Positions 27,881 to 44,700 of a DNA stretch of 64,000 nt are shown piece after piece (positions within the stretch are counted from its first letter, which is position 1; each line of letters opens with the position of its first letter). Where the stretch lies: contig CP068257.2 in NCBI GenBank assembly GCA_009914755.4, positions 7,712,001 through 7,776,000 of the forward strand, in the 5' to 3' direction. Both the position numbers and the translations under genes were made by a program. The DNA is from the human T2T-CHM13v2.0 reference genome, Homo sapiens. The notes below the pieces were generated by a model. The model was not told the DNA's origin and did no database searches. It was given only the letters and a program-made list of their open reading frames with translations.

Positions 27881-30100
27881 ATAAATATGGTACAATATGT
27901 GTATTTTTGATATTTTATGTACAGTAGATAATATATATTTGGGGTACTTTTATATTTTAGGTACAGTATATAATATATATTTGGAGTACCTTCATATTTT
28001 ATGTAAAGAATATAATATATACTTGATGTACCTTCATATTTTAAGTCCAGTATATAATATATAGTTTTGGTACTTTGATATTTTATGTACAGTAAATAAT
28101 ATATAGCTTGAGTACTTTGATTTTTATGTACAGTTTATTATAAATTTTTGGGTACTTTCATATTTTATATACAGAATATAATACATAATTTGGGTGCTTT
28201 GATATATTATGTATAGTATATAAAACATACTTTTTGTAATTTGATATATTATGTACAGTATATAATATATATTTTGTGTACTTTGAAATTTTGTGTACAG
28301 TATATAATATATATTTGGGGTAATTTTATATTTTATGTACAGTATATAATATGTATTTGGTGTACATTGATATTTTATGTACAAAATATAATTTATACTT
28401 TGGGTAGTTTGATATTTTATGTATACTATGTAATATATAGTTTGAGTACTTTGATATATTATGAACAGTTTATTATAAATGTTTGTGTACTTTCATATTT
28501 TATGTACGGTATATAATACATACTTTGGCTACTTTGATATTTTATGTACAGTATATAATATATACTTTGGGTACTTTGATATATTATGTACAGTATATAA
28601 TATATATTTGGGGTAGTTTTATATTTTATGTTCAGTATATAATATATATTTGGTGTACATTGATATTTTATGTACAGAATATAATATATATTTGATGAAT
28701 CCTCATATTTTATGTATAGTATATAATAAATATTTGGATAGATTGACATTTTGTGTACAGTATAAAATACATATTTTTGGTACTTTGATATTTTATGTGC
28801 AGTATATAATATATATTTTGTGTACTTTCATATTTCATGTCCAGTATAAAATATATAGTTTTGGTACTTTGATAATTTATGTGCAGTATATAATACGTAC
28901 TTTGGGTACTTTGATATTTTATGTAGAGCATATAATACATACTTTGGATACTTTGATATTTTATGTACAGTATATAATACATAAGTTGGGTACTTTGATA
29001 TTTTATATACAGTATATATTACATACTTTGGGTACCTTTATATATTATGTACAATATATTAAATATTTTGGGGAGTTTGATATTTTATGTACAGTATAAA
29101 ATATGTAGTGTTGTTACTTTGATATTTTATGTCCAGTATATAATATATAGTTTGGGTACTTTGATATTTTATGTACAGTATATAATATATACTTTGAGAA
29201 CTTTAATATTTTATGTACAGTATATAATATATACTTGAGGTATTTTGATATTTTATGTACAGTATATAATATATACTTTGGGTAGTTTGATATTTTATGA
29301 CAGTTTATAATTTATAGTTTGAGTACTTTGATATTTTATGTGCAGTATACAATATATATATTGGGTAATTTGATATTTTATGTACAGTATACAATATATA
29401 TTTTGGGTACTTTGATATTTGATATCCAGTATATAATATATAGTTTGGGTACTTTGATATTTTTTGAACAATATATAGTATATATTTTGGGTACTTTGAT
29501 ATTTTATGTACAGTACATAATATATAGTTTGAGAATTTTGATATTTTATGTACAGTATATAATATATATTAGGAGTACTTTTATATTTTATGTACAGTAT
29601 ATAATATATATGTGGTGTACATTGATATTTCATGTACAGAATATAACATATATTTGATATACCTTCATATATTATGTACAGTATATAATATATAATTTGG
29701 GTAATTTGATATTTTGTGTGCAGTATATAATACATATTTTTTGTACTTTGATATTTTATTTACAGTATGTAATATATATTTTGTTTAGTTTGATATTTTA
29801 TGTACAGTATACAATATATATTTTGGGTACTTTGATATTTTATGTACAGTATAAAATACATAATTTGGGTACCTTTATATTTTATGTACAGTATATAATA
29901 TATATTTTGGGTAGCTTGATATTTTATGTACAGTATAAAATATGTAGTGTTGTTACTTTGATATTTTATGTCCAGTATATAATATATAGTTTGGGTACTT
30001 TGATATTTTATGTACAGTATATAATATACAGTTTGGGTACTTTGATATGTTATGTACAGTATATAATATATAGTTTGAGTACTTTGTTATTTTATGTACA
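27880..30100 (-). repeat. HSat1A array in inverted orientation, mostly monomeric 42-bp organisation (+ strand reads ttgggtactttgatattttatgtacagtatataatatata)
   Basis: Its reverse complement matches the cccaaa...tatattatatactgtacataaaatatcaaagtac variant of the left arm. The HOR marker monomer (cagtttattataaat(g/t)tttgggtactttcat) appears at 28,130 and 28,465, then is absent until 30,101. Confidence 0.8.
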
Positions 30101-33100
30101 GTTTATTATAAATGTTTGGTTACGTACATAATTTATGTACAGTATATTATACATATTTTGGGTACTTTGATATTTTATGTACAGTATACAAAATATATTT
30201 TTGGTACTTTGATATTTTATGTACAGTATATAATATACAGTTTGGGTACTTTGATATTTTATGTACAGTATATAATACAAAGTTTGGGTACTTTGATATT
30301 TTATGTACAGTATATAATATATACTTTGGGTACTTTGATATTTTATGTACAGTATATAATACATACTTTGGGTACTTTGATATTTTATGTATAGTATATA
30401 ATATACAGTTTGGGTACTTTGATATTTTATGTACATTATATAATATATATTTGGTGTACTTTGATATTTTATGTACAGAATATAATATATATTTAATGTA
30501 CCTTCATATTTTATATACAGTATATAATATATACATTGGGTACCTTGATATTTTATGTACCGTATATAATATATACTTCGGGTACTTTCATATTTTATGT
30601 GCAGCACATAATATATATTTGATGTAACTTCATATTTTATGTACAGTATATAATATATATTTGGTGTACTTTGATATTTTATGTACAGAATATAATATAT
30701 TTGATGTACCTTCATATTTTATATACAGTATATAATATATACTTTGGGTCCTTTGACATTTTATGTACAGTATATAATATATAGTTTGGGTACTTTGATA
30801 TTTTATGTACTGTATAGAATATATAGTTTGAGTACTTTATTTTATGTATAGTTTATTATATATGTTTGGGTAGTTTCATAATTTATGTCCAGTATATTAT
30901 ACATATTTTGGGTTCTTTGATATTTTATGTACATTATATTACATAGTTTGGGTACTTTGATATTTTATGTGCAGCATATAATATATATTTGGTGTAATTT
31001 GATATTTTATGTGCAGTACATAATGTATATTTGATGTACCTTCTTATTTTATGTACTGTATATAATATATATTTGGGCGACTTTAATATACTATGTCCAG
31101 TATATAATATATTTTGGTGTACTTTGATATTTTATGTACAGAATATAATATATATTTGATGTACCTTCATATTTTATGTACAGTACATAATATATATTTT
31201 GGGTACTTTGATATTTTATGTACAGAATATAATATACATTTTGGGTACTTTGATATTTTATGTACAGTATATACTATATAGTTTGAGTACTTTTTTATTT
31301 TATGTACAGTTTATTATAAATGTTTGGGTACTTTCATAATTTATTTACAGTATATTATACATATTTTGGGTACTTTGATATTTTATGTACAGTATATAAT
31401 ATATGTTTGGTGTAATGTGATATTTTATGTACAGTATATAATATATATTTGGTGTACTTTGATATTTTATGTACAGAATATAATATATATTTGATGTACC
31501 TTCATAATTTATGTACAGTACATAATATATATTTTGGGTACTTTCATATTTTATGTACAGTATATAATATACAGTTTGGGTACTTTGATATTTTATGTAC
31601 AGTATGTAATATATAGTTTGAGTACTTTGTTATTTTACGTACAGTTTATTATAAATGTTTGGGTACTTTCATAATTTATGTACAGTATGTTATACATACT
31701 TTTGGTACTTTGACATTTTATCTACAGTATATAATACATACTTTGTGTACTTTGATATTTTATGTACAGTATATAATATATATTTGGTGTACTTTTATAT
31801 TTTATGTACAGAATATAATATATATTTGATGTACCTTCATATTTTATGTACAGTATATAATATATACTTTGGGTACTTTGATATTTTATGTGCAGTATAT
31901 AATATACACTTTGGGAACTTTGATATTTTATGTACAGTATATAATATACAGTTGTGTACTTTGTTATTTTATGTACAGTATATTATAAATTTTTCGGTAC
32001 TTTCATATTTTATGTACAGTATATAATACAAATTTTGGGTACTTTGATATTTTATGTACAGTATATAATACATAATTTGGGTACTTTGATATTTTATGTA
32101 CAGAATATAATATATACTTGATGTACCTTCATATTTTATGTACAGTATATAACATATACATTGGGTACTTTGATATTTTATGTACAGTATATAATATATA
32201 TTTGGTGTAATGTGATATTTTATGTACAGAATAATATATATATTTGATGTACCTTCATATTTTATGTACAGTACATAATATATATTTTGGGTACTTTGAT
32301 ATTTTATGTACAGAATATAATATACATTTTGGGTACTTTGATATTTTATGTACAGTATATACTATATAGTTTGAGTACTTTTTTATTTTATGTACAGTTT
32401 ATTATAAATGTTTCGGTACTTTCATAATTTATGTACAGTATATTATACATATTTTGGGTACTTTGATATTTTATGTACAGCATATAATATATATTTGGGG
32501 TATTTTATATTTTATGTACAGTATATAATATATACTTTGGGTACTTTGATATTTTATGTACAGTATATAATACATACTTTGGGTACTTTGATATTTTATG
32601 TGCAGCATATACTATATATTTGATGTACCTTCATATTTGATGTACAGTATATAATATATATTTGGGCAACTTTAATATATTATGTACAGCATATAATATA
32701 TATTTGGTGTACTTTGATATTTTATGTACAGAATATACTATATATTTGATGTACCTTCATATTTTATGTACAGTATATAATATATACTTTGGGTCCATTG
32801 ATATTTTATGTACAGTATATAATACACAGTTTGGATACTTTGATATTTAATATACACTATATAATACATAGTTTGGGTACTTTATTTTATGTACAGTTTA
32901 TTATAAATGTTTGGGTAGTTTCATAAATTATGTACAGTATATTATACATATTTTGGGTACTTTGATATTTTATGTAGAGTATATAATATATATTTGGTGT
33001 AATGTGATATGTTATGTACAGAATAATATATATATTTGATGTACCTTCATATTTTATGTACAGTATATAATATATACTTTGGGTACTTTGATATTTTATG

Positions 33101-36100
33101 TACAGTATATAATATATATTTGGGTACTTTGATATTTTATGTGCAGCATATAATATACAGTTTGGGTACTTTGATATTTTATGTACACTATATAATATAC
33201 AGTTTGGGTAGTTTATTTTATCTACAGTTTATTATAAATGTTTGGGTACTTTCATAATTTATGTACAGTATATTATATATATTTTGGGTACTTTGATATT
33301 TTATGTAGAGTATATAATACATACTTTGGGTACTTCAATATTTTATGTGCACCATATAATATGTATTTGGTGTACTTTCAGATTTTATGAACAGAATATA
33401 ATATATATTTGATGTATCTTCATATTATATGTACAGTATATAATATATATTTGTGCGACCTTAATATATTATGTACAGTATATAATATATATTTGGGTGA
33501 CTTTATTATATTATGTACAGTATATAATATATTTTGGTGTACTTTGATATTTTATGTACAGAATATAATATATATTTGATGTACCTTCATATTTTATGTA
33601 CAGTACATAATATATATTTCGGGTAATTTGATATTTTATGTACAGTATATAACATACAGTTTGGGTATTTTGATATTTTATGTGCTGTATAGAATATATA
33701 GTTTGAGTACGTTTTTATTTTATTTACAGTTTAGTATAAATGTTAGGGTACTTTCATAATTTATGTACAGTATATTATATATATTTTGGGTACTTTCATA
33801 TTTTATGTACAGTATATAATACATACTTTGGGTACTTTGATATTTTATGTGCAGCATATAATATATATTTGGTGTACGTTCAGATTTTATGTACAGAATA
33901 TAATATATATTTGATGTACCTTCATATTTCATGTACAGTATATAATATATATTTGGGTACTTTGATATTATATGTACTGTATATAATATACACTTTGGTA
34001 CTTTGATATTTTATGTACTGTATAGGATATATAGTTTGAGTACTTTGTTATTTTATGTACAGTTTATTATAAATGTTTGGGTACTTTCATAATTTATGTA
34101 CAGTATATTATACATATTTTGGTACTTTGATATTTTATGTACAGTATATAATACATTGTGTGAGTACTTTTATATTTTATGTACAGTATATGATATATAT
34201 TTGGTGGATTTTAATATATTATATACAGTATATAATATATATTTGGGTGACTTTAATATATTATGTAGAGTATATAATATATTTTGGTGTACTTTGATAT
34301 TTTATGTACAGAATGTAATATATATTTGATGTACCTTCATATGTTATGTATAGTACATAATATATATTTTCGGTACTTTGATATTTTATGTACAGTATAT
34401 AATATATATTTTGGGTAATTTGATATATTATGTACAGTATTTAATACACAGTTTGGGTACTTTGATATTTTATGTACAGTTTATTATAAATGTTTGGGTA
34501 CTTTCATAATTTATGTACAGTATATTATACATATTTTGGGTACTTTGATAATTTATGTACAATATACAATATTTATTTTGTGTACTTTGATATTTTATAT
34601 ACAGTATATAATATACAGTTTGTGTACTTTGATATGTTATGTACAGTATACAATATATAGTTTCTGTACTTTGATATTTCATGTACAGTTTATTATAAAT
34701 GTTTGCTTACTTTCATATTTTATGTATAGAATTTAATACAGATTTTTGGTACTTTGATATTTTATGTACAGTATACAATATATATTTTGGTTCTTTGATA
34801 TTTTATGTACAGTATATAATACATATTTCGAGTACTTTGTTATTTTATGTACAGTTTATTATAAATGTTTGGGTACTTTCATTATTTATGTACAGTATAT
34901 TATACATACTTTGGGTACTTTCATATTTTATGTACAATATACAATATATACTTTGGGTACTTTGATATTTTATGTGCAGCATATAATATATATTTGGTGT
35001 ACTTTGATATTTTATGTACAGAATATAATATATATTTGAAGTACCTTCATATTTAATGTACAGTATAAAATATATAAGTTTGGGTACTTTGATATTATAT
35101 GTACAGTATATAATATACAGTTTGGGTACTTTGATATTTTATGTGCTGCTAATAATATATATTTGATGTTCCTTCATATTTTATGTACAGTATATAATAA
35201 ATATTTTGGAGACTTATTATATTATGTACAGTATATAATATATTTTGGTGTACTTTGATATTTTATGTACAGAATATAATATATATTTGATTTACCTTCA
35301 TAGTTTATGTACAGTATAAAATATACACTTTGGGTACTTTGATTATTATATGTACAGTATATAATATACACTTTGGTACTTTCATATTTTGTGTACAATA
35401 TATAATATATAGTTTGAGTACTTTGTTATTTTATGTACTGTTTATTATAAATGTGTGGGTACTTTCTTAATTTATGTACAGTATATTATACACATTTTTG
35501 TAGTTTGATATTTTATGTACAGTATACAATATATATTTTTGGTACTTTGATATTTTATGTACAGTATATAATATACAGTTTGTGTACTTTGATATTTTAT
35601 GTACAGTATATAATATATAGTTTGAGTACTTTGTTATTTTATGTACAGTCTATTATAAATGTTTGGGTACATTCATAATTTATGTACAGTGTATTATACA
35701 CATTTTCGGTACTTTGATATTTTATGTACAGTGTACAATATATATGTTGGGTATATTGATATTTTATGTACAGTACATAATATACAGTTTACTTTGATAT
35801 TTTATATACAGTATATAATATATAGTTTGATTACTTTATTTTATGTACAGTTTATTAGAAATGTTTGGGTACTTTCATGATTTATGTACAGTATATTATA
35901 CATATTTTGGTTACTTTGATATTTTATGTACAGTATATAATATATATTTGGTGTACTTTGTTATTTTATGTACAGAATATAATATATATTTGATGTACCT
36001 TCATATTTTATGTACAGTACATAATATATACTTTGGGTACTTTGATATTTTATGTACAGTATATTATATATAGTTTGAGTACTTTGTTATTTTATGTACA

Positions 36101-36479
36101 GTTTATTATAAATGTTTGGGTACTTTCATAATTTATGTACAATATATTATATATATATTGAGTACTTTGTTATTTTATATACAGTTTATTATAAATGTTT
36201 GGGTACTTTCATAATTTATGTACAGTATATTATACATATTTTGGGTACTTTGATATTTTATATACAATATAAAATACATACTTTGGGTACTTTGTTATTT
36301 TCTGTGCAGCATATAATATATATTTGGTGTAATTTGATATTTTATGTACAGTATATAATACATACTTTGGGTACTTTGATATTTTATGTATGGTATATAA
36401 TACACAGGTTGTGTACTTTGATATTTTATGTACAGTATATAATATATAGATTGAGTACTTTTTCATTTTATGTACAGTA

Positions 36480-38730
36480 TATTATAAATATTTGGGTACT
36501 TTCATATTTTATGTACAGTATATAATACATACTTAGGGTACTTTGATATTTTATGTACAGTATATAATACATACTTTGGGTACTTTCATATTTTATATAC
36601 AGTATATAATACATGCTTTGGGTACTTTGACATTTTATGTACAGTGTATAATACATACTTTGGGTACTTTCATATATTATGTACAGTATATAATATATAG
36701 TTTGGGTACTTTGATATTTTATATACAGTATATAATACTTTGGGTACTTTGATATTTTAAGAACCGTATATAATACATACTTTGTTTACTTTGATATTTT
36801 ATGTACAGTATACAATATATAGTTTAAGTACCTTGATATTTTATGTCCAGTATGAAACATATAGTTTTGGTACTTTGATATTTTATGTAAAGTATATAGT
36901 TTGAGTACTGTGATATTTTATCTACAGTTTATTATAAATGTGTGGGTACTTTCACATTTTATGTACAGTATATAATATATAGTTTGGGTACTTTGATATT
37001 TTAAGTACAGTATATAATACATACTTATTGTATTTTGGTATTTTATGTAAAGTATATAATACATACTTTGGGTACTTTGATATATTATGTACAGTATATA
37101 ATACATACTTTGGGTACTTTGATATATTATGTACAGTATATAATACATACTTTGGGTACTTTGATATTTTATGAACAGTACATAATACACACTTTGGGTA
37201 CTTTGATATTTTATATACAGTATATAGTTTGAGTACTTTGATATTTTATGTACAGTTTATTATAAACGTTTGGGTGCTTTCATATTTTATGTACAGTATA
37301 TAATACATACTTTGGGCCCTTTGATATTTTATGAACAGTATATAATACATACTTTGGGTACTTTGATATTTTATGTACAGTATATAATACATACTTTGGG
37401 TACTTTGATATTTTATGTACAGTATATAATATATAGTTTGTGTACTTCGATATTTTATATACAGTATATAATATATATTTTGTGTACTTGGTATTTTATG
37501 TACAGTATATAATATATAGTTTGGGTAGTTTGATATTTTTTGTACAGTATATAATATATAGTTTCGGTAGTTTGATATTTTATGTACAGTATGTAATATA
37601 CAGTTTGGGTAATTTAATATTTTATGTACAGTATACAATATATAGTTTGGGTACTTTGGTATTTTATGTACAGTATATAGTTTGAGTACTTTGATATTTT
37701 ATGTACAGTTTATTATAAATGTTTGGTACTTTCATACTTTATGTACAGTATATAATACATACTTTGGGTACTTTTATATTTTGTGTACAGTATATAATAC
37801 ATACCTTGGGTACTTTGATATTTTATGTACCGTATATAATACATACTTTGTGAATGTTGGTATTTTATGTACCGTATGTAATACATACTTTGGGTACTTT
37901 GATATTTTATGTACAGTGTATAATACATACTTTGGGTACTTTGATAATTTATCTACAGTATATAATACATACTTTAGGTACTTTGATATTTTATGTACAG
38001 TATATAATACACACTTTGGGTACTTTGATATTTTATCTATAGTATATAATACATACTTTGGGTACTTTGATAGTTTATGTACATTATACAATATATAATT
38101 TGACTACTTTGATATTTTATGTCCAGTATAGAATATATAGTTTTCGTAGTTTGATATTTTATGTACAGTATATAGTTTGAGTACATTGATATTTTATGTA
38201 CACTTTATTATAAATGTTTGGGTACTTTCATATTTTATGTACAGTATATAATACATACTTTGGGCACTTTGATATTTTATGTACAGTATAAAATACATAC
38301 TTTGGGTACTTTGATAATTTATATACAGTATATAATACATATTTTGGGTACTTTTATATTTTATGTACAGTACATAATGCATACTTGGGGTACTTTGAAA
38401 TTTTATGTACAGTATATAATGCATACTTTGGGTACTTTGATATTTTATGTACAGTATATAATACATACTTTGGGTACTTTGATATTTTATGTACAGTATA
38501 TAATATATAGTTTGGGTACTTTGATATTATATGGACAGTATATAATACACACTTTGGGTTCTTTGATATTTTATGTACAGTATACTATATATAGTTTGGG
38601 TACTTTGATATTTTATGTCCAGTATAAAATAAATAGTTTTGATACTTTCATATTTTATGTACAGTATATAGTTTGAGTTTTGTACTTTGATATTGAGTTT
38701 GAGTTTGAGTACTTTGATATTTTATGTACA
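36480..38730 (-). repeat. Homogeneous HSat1A sub-block dominated by the single monomer tataatacatactttgggtactttgatattttatgtacag, with its own HOR marker (gtatatagtttgagtactttgatattttatgtacagtttattataaa(c/t)gtttgggtgctttcatattttatgtac)
   Basis: Near-identical monomers repeat 6-10 times in a row. The block-specific marker occurs at ~37,255, ~37,708, ~38,204 and ~38,731 (spacing 450-530 bp) and differs from the marker of the flanking 8/12-mer HORs. Confidence 0.6.
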
Positions 38731-41700
38731 GTTTATTATAAATGTTTGGGTGCTTTCATATTTTATGTACAGTATATAATACATACTTTGGGCACTTTGA
38801 TATTTTATGAAGAGTATATAATACATACTTTGGGTACTTTCATATTTTATGTACAGTATATAATACATACTTTGGGTACTTTGATATTTTATGTACAGTA
38901 TGTAATATATAGTTTGTGTACTTCGATATTTTATATACAGTATATAATGTATATTTTGTGTACTTGGTATTTTATGTACAGTTTATAATATATAGTTTCG
39001 GTAGTTTGATATTTTATGTACAGTACATAATATATAGTTTCGGTAGTTTGATATTTTATGTACAGTATGTAATATATAGTTTGGGTAATTTAATATTTTA
39101 TGTACAGTATACAATATATAGTTTGGGTACTTTGATATTTTATGTACAGTATATAATATATATTTTGGGTACTTTGATATTTTATGTGCAGCGTATAATA
39201 TACAGTTTGGGTACTTTGATATTTTATGTACAGTATATAATATACACTTTGGGTAGTTTGTTATTTTATGTACAGTTTATTATAAATGTTTGTGTACTTT
39301 CATAATTTATGTACAGTATAATATACACATTTTGGGTACTTTTATATTTTATGTACATTATATAATATATATTTGGAGTAATGTGATATTTTATGTACAG
39401 AATAATATATATATATTTGATATACCTTCATATTTTATGTACAGTATATAATATACACTTTGGGTACTTTGATATTTTATGTACAGTATATAATATATAC
39501 TTTGGGTACTTTGATATTTTATGTGCAGCATATAATATACAGTTTGGGTACTTTGATATTTTATGTACAATATACAATATACAGTTTGGGTAGTTTTTTT
39601 ATGTACAGTTTATTATAAATGTTTGGGTACTTTCATAATTTATGTACAGTATATTATACATATTTTGGGTACTTTGATATTTTATGTACAGTATATAATA
39701 CATACTTTGGGTACTTTGATATTTTATGTGCATCATATAATATATATTTGGTGTACTTTCATATTTTATGTACAGAATATAATATATTTTGATGTACTTT
39801 CATATTTTATATACAGTATGTAATATATATTTGGGCGACCTTAATATATTATGTACTGTATATAATATATATTTGCGTGACTTTAATATATTATGTACAG
39901 TATATATTTTGGTGTACTTTGATATTTTCTGTAGAGAATATAATATATATTTGATGTACCTTCATATTTTATGTACAGTACATAATATATATTTTGAGTA
40001 ATTTGATATTTTATGTACAGTATATAATATACAGTTTGGGTACTTTGATATTTTATGTACTGTATAGAATATATAGTTTGAGTACTTTGTTATTTTATGT
40101 ACAGTTTATTATAAATGTTTGGGTACTTTCATAATTTATGTACAGTATATTATACATATTTTGGGTACTTTGATATTTTATGTACAGTATATAATACATT
40201 CTTTGTGTAATTTGATATTTTATGTACAGTGTATAACATATATTTGGTGTACTTTGATATTTTATGTACACTATATAATACATACTTTGGGTACTTTGAT
40301 ATTTTATGTACATTATATAATATATATTTTGTGTACTTTGATATTTTATGTACAGTATATAATATATATTGGGAGGAATTTAATATATTATCTACAGTAT
40401 ATAATATGTTTTGTTGTACTTTGATATTTTATGTGCAGCATATAATATATATTTGGTGTACTTTCAGATTTTCTGTACAGAATATAATATATATTTGATG
40501 TAACTTCATATTTTATGTACACTATATAATATATATTTGGGTGACCTTATTATATTAAGTACAATATATAAAATATATTTGGGCGGCTTTAATATATTAT
40601 GTACAGTATATAATATGTTTTGGTGTACCTTGATATTTTATGTACAGGATATAATATATATTGGATGTACCTTCATATTTTATGTACAGTACATAATATA
40701 TATTTTGGGTACTTTGATATTTTATGTACAGTATATAATATACAGTTTGGGTACTTTGATATTTTATGTACTGTATAGAATATATAGTTTGAGTACTTTG
40801 TTATTTTATGTACAGTTTATTATAAATGTTTGGGTACTTTCATAATATATGGACCGTATATTATACATATTTTGGGTACTTTTATATTTTATGAACAGTA
40901 TATAATATATATTGGGAGTAATGTTATATTTTATGTATAGAATAATATATATATCTGATATACCTTCATATTTTATGTACAGTATATAATATACAGTTTG
41001 GGTACTTTGATATTTTATGTACAGTATATAATATTTACTTTGGGTACTTTGATATGTTATGTGCAGCATATAATATACAGTTTGTGTACTTTGATATTTT
41101 ATGTACAATATATAATATACAGTTTGGGTAGTTTGTTATTTTATATACAGTTTATTATAAATGTTTGGGTACTTTCATGATTTATGTACAGTATATTATA
41201 CATATTTTGGGTACTTTGATATTTTATGTACAGTATATAATACATACTTTGGGTACTTTGATATTTTATGTGCATCATATAATATATATTTGGTTTACTT
41301 TCAGATTTTATGTACAGAATATAATATATATTTGATGTACTTTCATATTTTATATACAGTATGTAATATATATTTGGGCGACCTTAATATATTATGTACA
41401 GTATATAACATATATTTGGGCGAGTTTAATATATTAGTTACAGTATATATTTTGGTGTACTTTGATATTTTAAGTACAGAATATAATATATATTTGATGT
41501 ACCTTCATATTTTATGTACAGTGCACAATATATATTTCGGGTACTTTGATATTTCATGTACAGTATATAATATACAATTTGGGTACTTTGATATTTTATG
41601 TACAGTATAGAATATATAGGTTGAGTACTTTGTTATTTTATGTACAGTTTATTATAAATGTTTGGGTACTTTCATAATTTATGTACAGTATATTATACAT

Positions 41701-44700
41701 ATTTTGGTTACTTTGATATTTTATGGACAGTATATAATATATATTTGGGGTAATGTGATATTTTATGTACAGAATAATATATATATTTGATGTACCTTCA
41801 TATTTTATGTACAGTATATAATATATACTTTGGGTACTTTGATAATTTATGTACAGTATATAATATATAGTTTGGGTACTTTTATATTTTATGTGCAGCA
41901 TATTATATACAGTTTGGGTACTCTGATATTTTATGTACAGTATATAATATACAGTTTTGGTAGTTTGTAGTTTTATGTACAGTTTATTATAAATGTTTGG
42001 GTACTTTCATAATTTATGTACAGTATATTATACATACTTTGCGTACTTTGATATTTTATATACTGTATATAATATATATATGTTATAATGTGATATTTTA
42101 TGTACAGAATAATATATATATTTGTTGTACCTTCATATTTTATGTACAGTATATAATATATAGTTTGGGTACTCTGATATTTTATGTACAGTATATAATA
42201 TATATTTGGTTTAATGTGATATTTTATGTACAGAATAATATATATATTGGATGTACCTTCATATTTTATGTACAGTATATAATAAATACTTTGGGTACTT
42301 TGATATTTTATGTACAGTATATAATATATACTTTGGGTACTTTGATATTTTATGTGCAGCATAAAATATACAGTTTGGGTACTTTGATATTTTATGTACA
42401 GTAAGTAATATACAGTTTGGGTAGTTTGTTATTTTATGTACAGGTTATTATAAATGTTTGGGTACTTTCATAATTTATGTACAGTATATTCTACATATTT
42501 TGGGTACTTTGATATTTTATGTACAGTATATAATACATACTTTGGGTACTTTGATATTTTATGTGCAGCATATAACATATATTTGGGGTACTTTCAGATT
42601 TTTTGTACAGAATATAATATATATTTGATATACCTTCATATTTTATGTACAGTGTATAATATATATTTGGGCGACCTTAATATATTATGTACAGTATATA
42701 ATATATTTTGGTGTACTTTGATATTTTATGTACAGAATATAATATATATTTGATGTACCTTCGTATTTTATGTACAGTACATAATATATATTTTGGGTAC
42801 TTTGATATTTTATGTACAGTATATAATATACAGTTTGGGTATTTTGATATTTTATGTAATGTATAGAACATATAGTTTGAGTACTTTGTTATTTTACGTA
42901 CACTTTATTATAAATGTATGGGTAATTTCATAATTTATGTACAGCATATGATACATATTTTGGGTACTTTGACATTTTATGTACAGTATATAATACATAC
43001 TTTGGGTAATTTGATATTTTTTGTACAGTATATAATATATATTTGGTGTAATTTGATATTTTATGCACAGTATATAATAGATACTTTGGGTACTTTGATA
43101 TTTTATGTACAGTATATAATATATATTTTGGGTACTTTGATATTTTATGTACAGTATATAAAAAATTCTTTGGGTAATTTGATATTTTATGTACAGTATA
43201 TAATATATATTTGGTGTAATTTGATATTTTATGTACAGTATATAATACATGCTTTGTGAAGTTTGATATTTTATGTACAGTAAATAATATATATTATGGG
43301 TACTTTGATATTTTATGTACAGTATATAATATGCAGTTTGGGTACTTTGATATTTTATGTACAGTGTATAATATATACTTTCAGTACTTTGTTATTTTAT
43401 GTACAGTTTATTATAAATGTTTGGGTACTTTTATAATTTATGAACAGTATATTATACATATTTAGGGTACTTTGATATTTTATGTACAGTATATAATGCA
43501 TACTTTGGTTACTTTGATATTTTATGTGCAGCATATAGTATATATTTGGAGTACTTTCAGATATTATGTACAGAATATAATATATATTTGATGTACCTTC
43601 ATATTTTATGTACAGTATATAATATATATTTGGGCGACCTTAATATGTTATGTACAGTATATAATATATATTTGGTGTACTTTAATATTTAATGTACAGA
43701 ATAAAATATATATTTGATGTACCTTCATATTTTATGTACAGTACATAATATATATATTGGGTACTTTGATATTTTATGTACAGTATATAATATACAGTTT
43801 GGGTACTTTTATATTTTATGTACTGTATAGAATATATAGTTTGAGTACTTTGTTATTTTATGTACAGTTTATTATAAATGTTTGGGTACTTTCATAATTT
43901 ATGTACAGTATATTATACATATTTTGGGTACTTTTATATTTTATGGACAGTATATAATATATATTTGTTGTAATGTGATATTTTATGTACAGAATGATAT
44001 ATATATACTTGATGTACCTTCATATTTTTGGTACAGTATATAATATATACTTTGGGTACTTTGATATTTTATGTACGGTATATAATATATCCTTTGGGTA
44101 ATTTGATATTTTATGTGCAGAATATAATAAACAGTTTGGATACTTTTATATTTTATGTACAGTATATAATATACAGTTTGGGTAGTTTGTTATTTTATGT
44201 ACAGTTTATTATAAATGTTTGGGTACTTTCATAAATTATATGCAGTATATTATACATATTTTGGGTACTTTGATATTTTATGTACAGTATATAATATACA
44301 GTTTGGGTACTTTGATATTTTATGTACTGTAGAGAATATATAGGTTGAGTACTTTGTTATTTTATGTATAGTTTATTATAAATGTTTGGGGAGTTTCATA
44401 ATTTATGTACAGTATATTATACATATTTTGGTTACTTTGATATTTTTTGTACAGTATATAAAACATACTTTGGGTAATTTAAAATTTTATGTACAGTATA
44501 TAATATATATTTGGTGTAAATTGATATTTTATGTACAGTATATAATACATACATTGCATACTTTTATATTTTATATAGAGTATATAATATATATTTTGGG
44601 TAGTTTGATATTTTATGTACAGTATATAATACAGAGTATGGGTACTTTGATATTTTATGTACAGTGTATAATATATAGTTTGAGTACTTTGTTATTTTAT

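Noticed and set aside
30092-30715. 207-aa - strand ORF (…YYILYIKYQSTQ…), the overlapping 171-aa + strand ORF at 30112-30627, and many similar ORFs across 17-64 kb
   Set aside because: These are translations of the 42-bp (14-codon) AT-rich satellite, with Tyr/Ile/Leu/Lys-rich 14-residue periodicity. The same DNA yields open frames on both strands simultaneously, which is a hallmark of a repeat artefact.
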